In this document: positions 11,418 to 22,592 of the stretch, piece after piece
Layout: each line of letters starts with the position of its first letter
Position numbering within the stretch: position 1 is the first letter of the stretch
Source: Selaginella moellendorffii
Lineage: Eukaryota > Plantae > Lycopodiophyta
DNA: 64,000 nt
Direction: 5' to 3'
NCBI RefSeq assembly: GCF_000143415.4
Contig: NW_003314263.1
Span: 157,350 to 221,349, forward strand
Position numbers and translations under genes: made by a program
The notes under the pieces: model-generated
The model's input: only the letters and a program-made list of their open reading frames with translations
The model's database searches: none
Told to the model about the DNA's origin: nothing

Positions 11418-12891
11418 ATGTGGCAAATTCTGCGTGAAGAAAGATGCCCTTTCTGGGCAAATGCTGTAAGAGGCAGATGCCGAGCAGATGTATCTCAGGC
11501 TAGCGAAGGGGACAAACGAAAGCTAGCTATAAACATGACAGGATGCAAATAGATTACTAGGCTGGTCCTATGAAAATCAAAAACCATAATTGAAAACATT
11601 GAAAATGCAAAAAGAAAGGTTTATAATATTTTTGAATTTTAAGCAACCAAAGGAATGTAAGTAGGGCATGTGTTTGTAAGTTTAAAAATGCCTCAACCAC
11701 TTAAATTCCCAAGTAAATAAAGCTGTTTCTATTTTTGGTACAGGTAAACTTTATAGCGTATGGGCTCATGCAATTTTGAACCCAAAAATGCACCAAAAAA
11801 TGCTCGACTAGGATTATTCTTTGAATGGCGTGTGGCCTTATATTGCCATAAATGGACGTACACACACAGCATAATTATTCCTTTACACGGCGAATAATCT
11901 TGGTGCGGATCGCTGACATGGCATGGCAAAGTTTGAATCACTGACATGGCACAGCTGGATCGAGGCAAGGACATGATGTGACAAAGTTCAACCTCCGACA
12001 GCAAAGTCTAGAAGCTACTCAGTTTGAAATTTGTCAGAGGAATCATAAAATCTGGTTTGTCAGAGGATTTGATGTGACGTTCAAGCGTGTGTTATTTTTG
12101 AATTCTCAAACTCATTCCTAGGTCTATCATTTTTGTGCGCCATATTCTTGGTTCCGCTGAGTGCAGTGAGCGCTGCTTGTGTAAGCGGCGTTGTGGGCTG
12201 TGGTTTATGCGTCTACGAGCAGTTGCGGCATTGCGAGCGCCATTGCGAGCGGCAGTTTATGCGAGTGGCAGTTTGTGCGAGCGGCGCTACGAGCAGTTGT
12301 GGTGTTGCGAGCGGCGCTACGAGTAGTTGCGGTGTTGCGAGCGGCACTGTCTTTGGTGTGGCTACCGCTTCCTCTTGATATTTGGCACTTGTGCTTCCTG
12401 GTATGTTCACCATGGAATGGCTTAGGACCACATTTAGAAATGGCATTAGGCCACATGCCAATTTTGGGCCTTTGCAATTTCATGGCTAACGTATTGTCAT
12501 GTATGTTTTTACTTGCCTGCAGCTGTGTGTATATCAAGATGGCATGAGGCCTCATGCCATCTTTGGCCCCTGCTAGCCTATTGCCATATTCATTTTGCTT
12601 TGTGACTACTGGAATGATTTTTCATGTTATTGAGGTTGTTTGGCATGTTATTATTTACGCCATTCTCCAATCATTTTTTTTATGGTCTTAGCTTCTTATC
12701 TGCACTTTAAAAATGGCCTTCACGTGTGATGAAAAGGCTTACATTTTGAATGGGGTTAACACAGTTGCAAAAGGGACCCTTGTTTCTATGGATCGGAACT
12801 TTGTTATACACTGTCAAAGGCTTGTCTTATGATTTAGGCCATTCTCCAATCATTTTTTTTATGGTCTTAACTTCTTTTCTGCACTTTCAGA

Positions 12892-14217
12892 ATGGCCTTC
12901 AGGGTTGGGGAAAAGGTTTACATTTTGAATGGTGGGAAGAGAGTTGCAAAAGGGACCCTTGTGTCTATGGATCGGAACTTTGTTATACACTGTCAAAGGC
13001 TTGGGGAAGGCAATGCTGCTGTATCAGTAGAGATTGTCTTCGATGGGAATGTGGTCGCTATTGAACGAGGAGAGATGGTCGTCGGGGTAAATGTTGTTGT
13101 TGCCTTGAAAAATCTTCAGAAGAAAGCAGATGTTAGGGACAGCGCAAGTGCGACGCATGTTCCCTCCGTGGATCTTAAAAACCGTGCTACATGGATTCAG
13201 GCGAAGGTGTTTCTAAACAACCCCGAGGGGGAGGTGGTAGCTGAGGGCTTAGCCACAATTGTCGATCCAAGAGATGCGGTTGCTAATCAAGAATTGGGCT
13301 GGGATGATATTGGAGTTGCGATTTTAGAGGTTGTTGACACAGAAGAAAATAGTCTGACTATTGGAAGCATTGTGCGGTGGAAATTGAGGCACTTAGTGTT
13401 TGAGAATGTGAAGGATTCACAATCAAACACCACTACAACTGATGACAGAACATCTCTTCATGGGAAAAGAAAGCACACCTTCCTAAAGCGCAGCGAAAGG
13501 GATCTGAGCAATGAACCGAAAATGCAGAAAATGGCGATGGAGGTTCGAATGGTCTCGACAGTTGCTTCTTGCAAGAGGAGGTGCTGTCAACATGCTGATT
13601 GGGATGCTATTGAAGAGGAGAGAGCAAGATACAAGACATTGTCCTGGAAGGCAGCTCGCAATTTTGTGTATGAGGCATTACGGTCATCTGTTGATGCTTC
13701 AGAACATCAGGTGGGGGGCATGGTCTTCCATAGGGGTTTGGTCTGCATGAAGGCATGGAGAATCATTTATGGAGTCCCTCGAACCACATTCTACAGAATC
13801 AAAACTGAGTTCGAGGAACAAAGGGTTCAACAGGCAATCCATGGGAACGACGGTACGCACAAAACCAAGGGTCATGTTGTATATGGAGAGGCAATCTTCA
13901 AGAGGTTTGTCGAGACATGTAGCGAGCAGCAACCACATAAAACCCGCCTCTTGGAAGATGGAACACGAGACACCCAACGAGTTCTCCCTTCCATGTATAC
14001 CAAGGGGGCCATATTGGAAGATGTGAATCGGGAACTCCAGAGTAATGGCTACAGGAAGTTGAGCCAATCTAGATTTAGTAGATTGTGGAGCAACAGGTTC
14101 AGGGATGTGAGTATAGGAAAGTACTCCAACTTTTCAAAGTGTGACGAGTGCACTGCTATTAAAATGGCTTTGTCGAAGAATTCTTGCAGCGCTCAAGAGC
14201 GAGAGACGTTGGTTAGA
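12892..14217 (+). pseudogene. Truncated duplicate of the transposase (N-terminal ~440 aa, lacks the catalytic core)
   Basis: Near-identical to 16104-17429, then runs into the duplication junction; ORF ends at 14376. Confidence 0.9.
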
Positions 14218-14534
14218 CACCACATGAGACCACACGAGCCTTACAATGTTTCAGGGGCATTTGCCATAGATCCGACCGTTATTTTGCTCCAAGATTTTAC
14301 AGTTTGGTGTGCATTGACCTTTCCATCAACACTGCAAAGGGACATCACAATCAGATGCGGGATCACAAGAAACTAACTTCACTAACTCTGGTTTCACCAA
14401 GATCTACGTAAGGAGTTATGAAATGAAAGGACCCTCTCTATTGAAATGTGTTTATGGTCCTAGGGGCATTGTGACATATCAAAGGATTTTGCATCAAGTT
14501 CTGTATTTGCATGTTTATCAAGCTACTGAATTGC

Positions 14535-14567
14535 TAAACCCTAAACCCTAAACCCTAAACCCTAAAC
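14535..14567 (+). repeat. Short interstitial (CCCTAAA)n tract, copy 2 (one unit longer)
   Basis: Direct reading of sequence. Confidence 0.85.
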
Positions 14568-15723
14568 ATGTGGCAAATGCTGCGTGAAGAAAGATGCCCT
14601 TTCTGGGCAAATGCTGTAAGAGGCAGATGCCGAGCAGATGTATCTCAGGCTAGCGAAGGGGACAAATGAAAGCTAGCTATAAACATGACGGGATGCAAAT
14701 AGATTACTAGGCTGGTCCTACGAAAATCAAAAACCATAATTGAAAACATTGAAAATGCAAAAAGAAAGGTTTATAATATTTTTGAATTTTAAGCAACCAA
14801 TGGAATGTAAGTAGGGCATGTGTTTGTAAGTTTAAAAATGCCTCAACCACTTAAATTCCCAAGTAAATAAAGCTGTTTCTATTTTTGGTACAGGTAAACT
14901 TTATAGCGTGTGGGCTCATGTAATTTTGAACCAAAAAATGCACCAAAAAATGCTCGACTAGCATTATTCTTTGAATGGCGTGTGGCCTTATGTCGAGCAT
15001 TATTCTTTGAATGGCGTGTGGCCTTATATTGCCATAAATGGACGTACACACACAGCATAATTATTCCTTTACACGGCGAATAATCTTGGCGCGGATCGCT
15101 GACATGGCATGGCAAAGTTTGAATCACTGACATGGCACAGCTGGATCGAGGCAAGGACATGATGTGACAAAGTTCAACCTCCGACAGCAAAGTCTAGAAG
15201 CTACTCAGTTTGAAATTTGTCAGAGGAATCATAAGATTTGGTTTGTCAGAGGATTTGATGTGACGTTCAAGCGTGTGTTATTTTTGAATTCTCGAACTCA
15301 TTCCTAGGTCTATCATTTTTGTGCGCCGTGTTCTTGGTTCTGCTGAGCGCAGTGAGCGCTGCTTGTGTAAGCGGCGTTGTGGGCTATGGTTTATGCGTCT
15401 ACGAGCGGTTGCGGCATTGCGAGTGCCATTGCGAGCGACAGTTTATGCGAGTGGCAGTTTGTGTGAGCGGCGCTACGAGCAGTTGCGGTGTTGCGAGCGG
15501 CGCTACGAGTAGTTGCGGTGTTGCGAGCGGCACTGTCTTTGGTGTGGCTACCGCTTCCTCTTGATATTTGGCACTTGTGCTTCCTGGTATGTTCACCATG
15601 GAATGGCTTAGGACCACATTTAGAAATGGCATGAGGCCACATGCCATCTTGGGCCCTTGCAATTTCATGGCTAGCGTATTGTCATGTATGTTTTTACTTG
15701 TCTGCAGCTGTGTGTATATCAAG

Positions 15724-15915
15724 ATGGCATGAGGCCTCATGCCATCTTTGGCCCCTCCTAGCCTATTGCCATATTCCTTTTGCCTTGCTGCAACTGTATA
15801 TATTTTTGTATGGGTGACTAGTCATGCACACAAAAATATATACAGTTGCAGCAAGGCAAAAGGAATATAGCAACAGGCTAGCAGGGGCCAAAGATAGTGT
15901 GAGGCCTCATGCCAT
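15724..15915. repeat. 192-bp near-perfect inverted repeat (hairpin) in the predicted 5'-UTR intron (15587-16102) of the transposase
   Basis: Arms symmetric about TGACTAGTCA (15815-15824); overlaps a second perfect palindrome at 15906-15939. Confidence 0.9.
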
Positions 15916-16103
15916 TAGTGGTACCACTAATGGCATGAGGGCTCATGCCAATTTTGTGAATGCGAAATTTCACGTGGGTGTCAATAGCATGTTTGAATAA
16001 TGGCATGTGGCCTCATGCTATTGAGGTTGTTTGGTATGTTATGATTTAGGCCATTCTCCAATCATTTTTTTTATGGTCTTAACTTCTTTTCTGCACTTTC
16101 AGA

Positions 16104-19100
16104 ATGGCCTTCAGGGTTGGGGAAAAGGTTTACATTTTGAATGGTGGGAAGAGAGTTGCAAAAGGGACCTTTGTATCTATGGATCGGAACTTTGTTATAC
16201 ACTGTCAAAGGCTTGGGGAAGGCAATGCTGCTGTATCAGTAGAGACTGTCTTCGATGGGAATGTGGTCGCTATTGAACGAGGAGAGATGGTCGTCGGGGT
16301 AAATGTTGTTGTTGCCTTGAAAAATCTTCAGAAGAAAGCAGATGTTGGGGACAGCGCAAGTGCGACGCATGTTCCCTCCGTGGATCTTAAGAACCGTGCT
16401 ACATGGATTCAGGCAAAGGTGTTTCTAAACAACCCCGAGGGGGAGGTGGTAGGTGAGGGCTTAGCCACAGTTGTCGATCCAAGAGATGCGGTTGCTAATC
16501 AAGAATTGGGCTGGGATGATATTGGAGTTGCGATTTTAGAGGTTGTTGACACAGAAGAAAACAGTCTGACTATTGGAAGCATTGTGCGGTGGAAATTGAG
16601 GCACTTAGTGTTTGAGAATGTGAAGGATTCACAATCAAACACCACTACAACTGATGACAGAACATCTCTTCATGGGAAAAGAAAGTACACCTTCCTAAAG
16701 CGCAGCCAATGGGATCGGAGCAACGAACCGAAAAGGCAGAAAATGGCGATGGAGGTTCGAATGGTCTCGACAATTGCTTGTTGCAAGAGGAGGTGCTGTC
16801 AACATGCTGATTGGGATGCTATTGAAGAGGAGAGAGCAAGATACAAGACATTGTCCTGGAAGGCAGCTCGCAATTTTGTGTATGAGGCATTACGGTCATC
16901 TGTTGATGCTTCAGAACATCAGGTGGGGGGCATGGTCTTCCAGAGGGGTTTGGTCTGCATGAAGGCATGGAGAATCATTTATGGAGTCCCTCGAACCACA
17001 TTCTACAGAATCAAAACTGAGTTCGAGGAACAAAGGGTTCAACAGGCAGTCCATGGGAACGACGGTACGCACAAAACCAGGGGTCATGTTGTATATGGAG
17101 AGGCAATCTTCAAGAGGTTTGTCGAGACATGTAGCGAGCAGCAACCACATAAAACCTGCCTCTTGGAAGATGGAACACGAGACACCCAACGAGTTCTCCC
17201 TTCCATGTATACCAAGGGGGCCATATTGGAAGATGTGAATCGGGAACTCCAGAGTAATGGCTATAGGAAGCTGAGCCAATCTAGATTTAGTAGATTGTGG
17301 AGCAACAGGTTCAGGGATGTGAGTATAGGAAAGTACTCCAGCTTTTCAAAGTGTGACAAGTGCACTGCTATCAAAATGGCTTTGTCGAAGAATTCTTGCA
17401 GCGCTCAAGAGCGAGAGACGTTGGTTAGAAGGCGGCTCGACCACAACATCGAGCAGAGAAGCTGCAGGACTGCATATTATCATAACAGGATTCTCTCCAT
17501 GGAGAGACCTGACTCTTACCTCTGCATCATCCACGACAAAATGGACCAGAAAAAGACGTGCTTACCTCGACTCAATCCTGCCCCCAAGGCAATCTCTTCA
17601 TCCATGCAGCTGCCTGTGTCTCTGTTTGGCATAATCGCTCATGGGCATGGTGCCCAGAACTATGGGAACTTCTTTGTACCTCTATGGGGTGGCGGGGGTG
17701 CAAACATGATGATTGCGTCCCTAGCAAAACACTTAAAGTCTCTGCAAAGTGCGCAGACTGAGCTGAACGGCCAACCCTTGCATAAGGCCCTTGTCGATCG
17801 AACCCCATACAAGGTTCAGCTGGAGGAGGAGCAAAGGCTTGCAGTATCGTGTGGGGCCCCATGCCATCCCAGTGAATATGTTGGCCGTCAGATTGTAGGG
17901 TTATCACGTGAGGCCTCATGCCATTCCGACGAGGCTGGTCACTCGGTGAATGCACAGCCTCATCCAAACGAAGCAGAATCTCAAGGAAGTTCTTGCAGCC
18001 GATGTGGCCTTCCACCCCATCTTCTGCTCCAAACAGACAATGCTGGCAGTGAGAACAAAAACATGTACGTCTTTGCGTGCTTGGCGATGCTTGTTGCCAA
18101 AGGCATATTTGAAACGGTTACACTTGGCTTTCTCATGGTTGGGCACACTCATGAAGACGTCGATGCCATGTTCAGTCACCTGGCAGAGTCCCTCCGGCGA
18201 TCCAATGTCCTCACCCTCCCACAACTCTACGATGAATTCCAAAATTGCATCAAAGGCACTGTTGAAGCTGCACTTCTGACAGAGGTTCCAGACTTTAAGG
18301 GGTTTGTAAGAGGCTACATCAGGGACGGATCCGAAACGCTGATTGGCCACTCCAAGCCTCTTCAGTTTCATTTCAGCATGTGTGACGGTGTTCCAGTGAT
18401 GAGGTACAAGATGAGAGAATGGGACACAGTGTGGCTGCCAGTGGACGGCATTGAACTCTTCAAGAGAGATCCCATAACTGGGGAACCTATGATTCCTCAG
18501 GGTTCCCCACGGCCGATGCACCCGGATGGACTCAAAGACCAGGAAAGTATAGTGGCCGGGATTAGACAGCATATTGCCTTCTGGAAGAGGGGGTTGGTGT
18601 TTGGTGGAGAATCCTATTTTCAGAGGTGCAAGCCTTTGCTCGAATACTGGGAGAAGATTATATCTGCTATCCAAAATAGGCCGGTTGTATATGAAGAATT
18701 GGAAGAGTCCTTTTGGCCAGAACCCAGAGCACCAGATAGTAGCGGAACAATGTCCTCTGGAAATGCAGTGACAGATAACGATGTTGAGGATCACTATTGT
18801 GGGCCGAGGAACAAGAAGCTGGATTCAGCATTCAATCCAGTACAGGTCTGCAAAGGAATGGTCGTGCTTGTCAGACCCAGTAATAAAAAACAAATGATAT
18901 GGGTGGGGCGCTGCATCATTGATGCAGAGGAGGACGCGGAAACTAACTCCTTCAATGTAACTGTGGAGTGGTTCAAGCCAAGTTCTGGATATACGAAGGA
19001 TTGCCTAGAAAAGAGATGGGTGCTGAATCCAAGGGATCCCAGCATGAGCATATCGGTGGATAATGTTGTGCATGGTTGGATGCGGAAGCAGAGTGCCACC

Positions 19101-19245
19101 ATCACCTTGCCAGACCATGCAAGAGATGCAGCAAGAGCATTCATAACCCGGGTTCAAGGTGAGATTCATGAATATTCCTTTACTAAGTTTCTAATGTATT
19201 TTATTTCAAGGTGAACAATCCGAATCTGAATCAAAGGAGGCGTGA
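16104..19245 (+). CDS. Sola-like DDD transposase (~1030 aa) with two N-terminal Tnp1/En-Spm-like beta domains, Cys-rich motifs and a C-terminal SH3/BAH-like region; probable last intron 19159-19210
   Basis: Intact 1036-aa ORF; CCKRRCC, VCMKAWRIIYGV, FSKCDKC; candidate catalytic IIHDKMDQ / LQTDNAGSENKN / FLMVGHTHEDVDAMFS; lies inside TIRs. Confidence 0.88.
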
Positions 19246-20740
19246 TGGCATGTGGCCTTACGCCATTCCTAGGTGAGATGATACAAATAACAAGTATAAA
19301 TTCTTAGTTGTTCTAGCAAATCTTACTTAAAGTTCAAGGTGAACAAGCCGAATATGAATTCATCGGATTGTTATAACAAATTGCGAGGTGATGGCATGAG
19401 GCGATACGCCATTTAAGAGTGGTAGCCATTCCTATATGAGGTGAGTGAAGTATTTATTAGAAATACCTCATTCAATTGTGCACTTCTAAGTCTTGGTCCA
19501 CTTAGTACTGTTTGCATGTTTTTATTTTAATTCTTTCTCTAAAATGTTATTTAGCATGTGGCTTCATGCCATTGCTCTCCACAATCATGCATTGAATTTC
19601 TATCCTTGCATAATACTTCTCCATATATATAGCATGTGCGCACATGTGATATGGTTCATTAGGCCTGATATAGTGTGTGAGGTAAAACAAAGATGATGTG
19701 ACATATGCATTTACCAATCACACGTGCATAAATCTAATAATATGGCATGTGGCCCATATTAATGGCACATAAACCCATATTCTGGGCTTACGTGCTTTAT
19801 GTACCATCATTCCCTTGCAGCATGTGTGTTGGTTTCCTTTTATAACACAACGAACTCCATATTTTAGGGTGAAGAGCATTCTCATGGCAAGCACAAAATC
19901 TGTAAGTGCGGCAGAAAAGGAGACGGAGAAGGAGATAGGTGAAGATGTAGAATATATAAGTCTTCCAAACTCCCCGTACTATACTCCAGGTGATCATTTT
20001 TCTGAACAAATGGCAACATTAACAACTATCAAGAACGCCCCAGTAACGTTAGAGACAACAATCCAAAGCAAAACAACTGACCTGGAGAAGGATGATACGC
20101 TTAGGCTTATAATGGCGTGTGCCCTCATGCCATTTACTTGATCACCAAATACCTTTTTCCCTTTGCACTAGTATATCTTAATACCGGTCTGAGAAATAGA
20201 ATGGCATGTGCCCTCAGGCCTTTTACTAAATCACCTTTGAAAGAAATGCAAGCCTCTATATCGTAAAAAAAAGGTACTAGAGAAATTCCTTAATAATATG
20301 AATGTTATTTAGTTTCATGAAAATACACTAAGGGTCAAATGAGTTAAATGACTTCTCCAGACTAGCAATGCCTCTTGCTACACCTTCACAATTAGATTCG
20401 TTAGAAAAAGATAACATTCAATAATATCTAAATGTTCTCACCATTAAGTTATATGTCTGGCTAATAGGAATGACGTTCATCTTGGAAAGCTCACCACACG
20501 CTCAATGAACAAACAAATAGTGTGTGCGCGCATGCCATCGCTCTTCTTTAGCTTCAGATTCGGCTTGTTCACCTTGACAATGAGATTTATTATACAACCA
20601 GATGGACTCAGTCTGGACATAAAGTCACCGCGCTAGTCACCATGCCCCAGATATGTCTAGCCCTTGGACAAAAAACATATAATTTCACGTCATTTTCAAA
20701 TACATGAAAATTTGTACCTAGTCCCATTTTACTGCATAAA

Positions 20741-20764
20741 TCCCACTTTAACGAAATAGAGCTT
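20741..20764 (-). repeat. Right TIR
   Basis: TCCCACTTTAACGAAATAGAGCTT followed by TGTG and resumption of host LTR-element sequence. Confidence 0.95.
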
Positions 20765-20768
20765 TGTG

Positions 20769-21329
20769 ACTCCTTTATTGTTTTGGAGTCTGCATCTTTC
20801 TTATGATCCCAATTATAGTTGTTTACCACAACTACATTAGCCCGTTTGCTGTGTCAAACGCTCATCTGGATCACATCCTCAATTCTCTGAGAAAACCCTT
20901 ATACTGTTCCCAAGATCCCAAAGTCGTTCCCTTACTTGGCCCTTTTTCCATCCACCACATTGCACACAAGGTCATGTATGAACTTGAGTGGAGAGCCATA
21001 TCCTCTCGACATGCTCCTCCTCGAGAATAAGTCCATATCTAGGACCTTCCAAATCCAATACAAGTGGTGATATACTTAGCCACCAATAAGAGTCGGACTA
21101 AGGAATAGCTCTAATACCAAATTGTAAGCGACTAATTTTTCCATTCTACTTTAGTCACTTAACTATACCTCCAACCACTTGGAGGAGTTTCATTCACAAC
21201 CTCCATAAGTCTAATTCAAGACTTGGGGCCTGCTCACCCTGAGAAGGGCATCTATGCCACTCAACCTTTGCACTTGGTTCAAGTGCTCCACGTGTCCAAT
21301 CCCATGATCGACACCCCAAGGTACCACCG
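20769..21329 (-). mobile_element. Continuation of host family-A element: internal end, tRNA-Met primer binding site (PBS) and start of 5' LTR (continues 30619-~31150)
   Basis: GCTCTAATACCA (reverse complement TGGTATTAGAGC) at ~21108-21119; LTR edge TGTAAGCGACT at 21123; matches 53290-53850. Confidence 0.88.
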
Positions 21330-22132
21330 TGTAGCGCACCTGAATTTGGAGCCAAACTCCAAGCCTGTTGTGCTATGAAACGAGGGTCTGGTACAATCCC
21401 ACGAGCACTAGCTCCCCATATCTAGCACTTGCACGCAAAATGGTGTCAGACGAAGTCTGGCACAATTTTGGCATACCGGTGGCCTAACACGAGGAGGAGG
21501 GTACCCCACCGACTAGAGCAGCGTGGGGCTTAGGCTTTGAAGTGTTAGTTTACTGGGCTTAGCATTTGTACTCAGCCAGATGGACATAAGGTAGGAACTC
21601 CTATGTGTTTCTAGCTGAGCATTCTCAGCCTGGCTCTTAGTTCTCTTTTGCTCTGTCTTGCACTGGCTTGGCAAGAACCCTCGCATATTGAGACTAGTCC
21701 CTCAATATCGTTGGATGATAGCTTACCGTGTCTGCCAAACACCCTCGCTATCACGCCCTTTGTGTTGGTCTCATTTCTGTCCCAAATGCTATTTATGGAA
21801 AGTGTCTAGATTAGCTCATTTGGCATATCTACGGAATGTAGAGATTGGCCTGAACACAATGGTGTTCGTCCTGTGTCCAAATGCACAATCTAAGGACATT
21901 TCATATTTAGTAAATTTCGAGCTTGTCCCAGAGACTAACTCCTGGTACTAAGGGAGGCTTGGGGTGAAAGCCCAAAGCGTGTGTTCCTCAAGGGGGGGGG
22001 GGGGGGGGTGGGGCTATGGGGGGTTCCAAATGTATAGTAAGGATAGTGGTTGGAATGCATGTTCGACTACCTGAGACATTAGTTTGGCTCCCACTGGGCT
22101 GTGTCGCTCCTTGTTCTGCATCCGGCTTGGGT

Positions 22133-22592
22133 CGATCGGCATCGTCGGGATGTATCCTATCAAGTGGGAGATCAAGTGTGGCTATCTTCCCGGAACTTGA
22201 ACATTAAGGGTTCTTTGTCTCGGAAGCTCTTGCTGAGATATGTTGGACCCTATCGGGTGCTAAAACGTATTGGTGATGTATCCTATAAGTTGGATCTTCC
22301 AGATGAGTTATCTCAGCTATATGATGTGTTTCATGTTAGTTTACTGGCACCATATTTTCCTGCTGTGGAACTCTCTACGGATATGCGTCCTTCGCCAATA
22401 ATCATGGATGGTGAACCTGAGTATGAAGCTGAATCTATCCTAGATTCTCGGGTTCGGAGACAGGCTCATGCGAAGGAATATCTAGTTAAGTGGAAAGGTT
22501 ACTCGACTTGTGAATCAACTTGGGAACCTCTTAGGAATCTTACACATGCTCGTGAGTTTGTCACGGAGTATGAGAATAGTAATAAAACATAG
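22133..22592 (+). pseudogene. pol: Integrase C-terminus plus chromodomain, inverted relative to its element
   Basis: YVGPYRVLKRIGDVSYKLDLP..VFHVSLL; EYEAESILDSR..EYLVKWKGY..STWEP. Confidence 0.92.

Larger units (their letters stand above)
8017..17429 (+). repeat. Internal tandem duplication of a ~3.2-kb unit (copy 1 8017-14217 including nested insertion; copy 2 14216-17429)
   Basis: 8017-8207 = 14216-14406; 11264-14215 is similar to 14407-17427; junction GTTA-GA-CACCAC with 2-bp microhomology. Confidence 0.92.
713..20764. mobile_element. Large TIR DNA transposon (Sola-like DDD transposase) with cargo gene; ~14 kb without the internal duplication and nested insertion
   Basis: Perfect 24-bp TIRs at 713-736 and 20741-20764; TSD TGTG (709-712, 20765-20768; alternatively 6-bp TTGTGA); empty site AATCT-TGTG-ACTCC in paralogs at ~53280-53295 and (reverse complement) ~38140-38160. 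Confidence 0.95.

Noticed and set aside
14218-14376. Novel C-terminal domain on the 494-aa ORF
   Set aside because: It is non-coding sequence from 8017-8177 read through the duplication junction
19815-20141. Possible third transposon gene (108-aa ORF)
   Set aside because: Short, non-ATG start, no recognisable motif, ends in a palindrome copy; cannot be supported
1098-20540. Palindromic repeats as a CRISPR-like array
   Set aside because: Irregular spacing from tens of bp to kb, embedded in introns and exons, no cas genes, eukaryotic context
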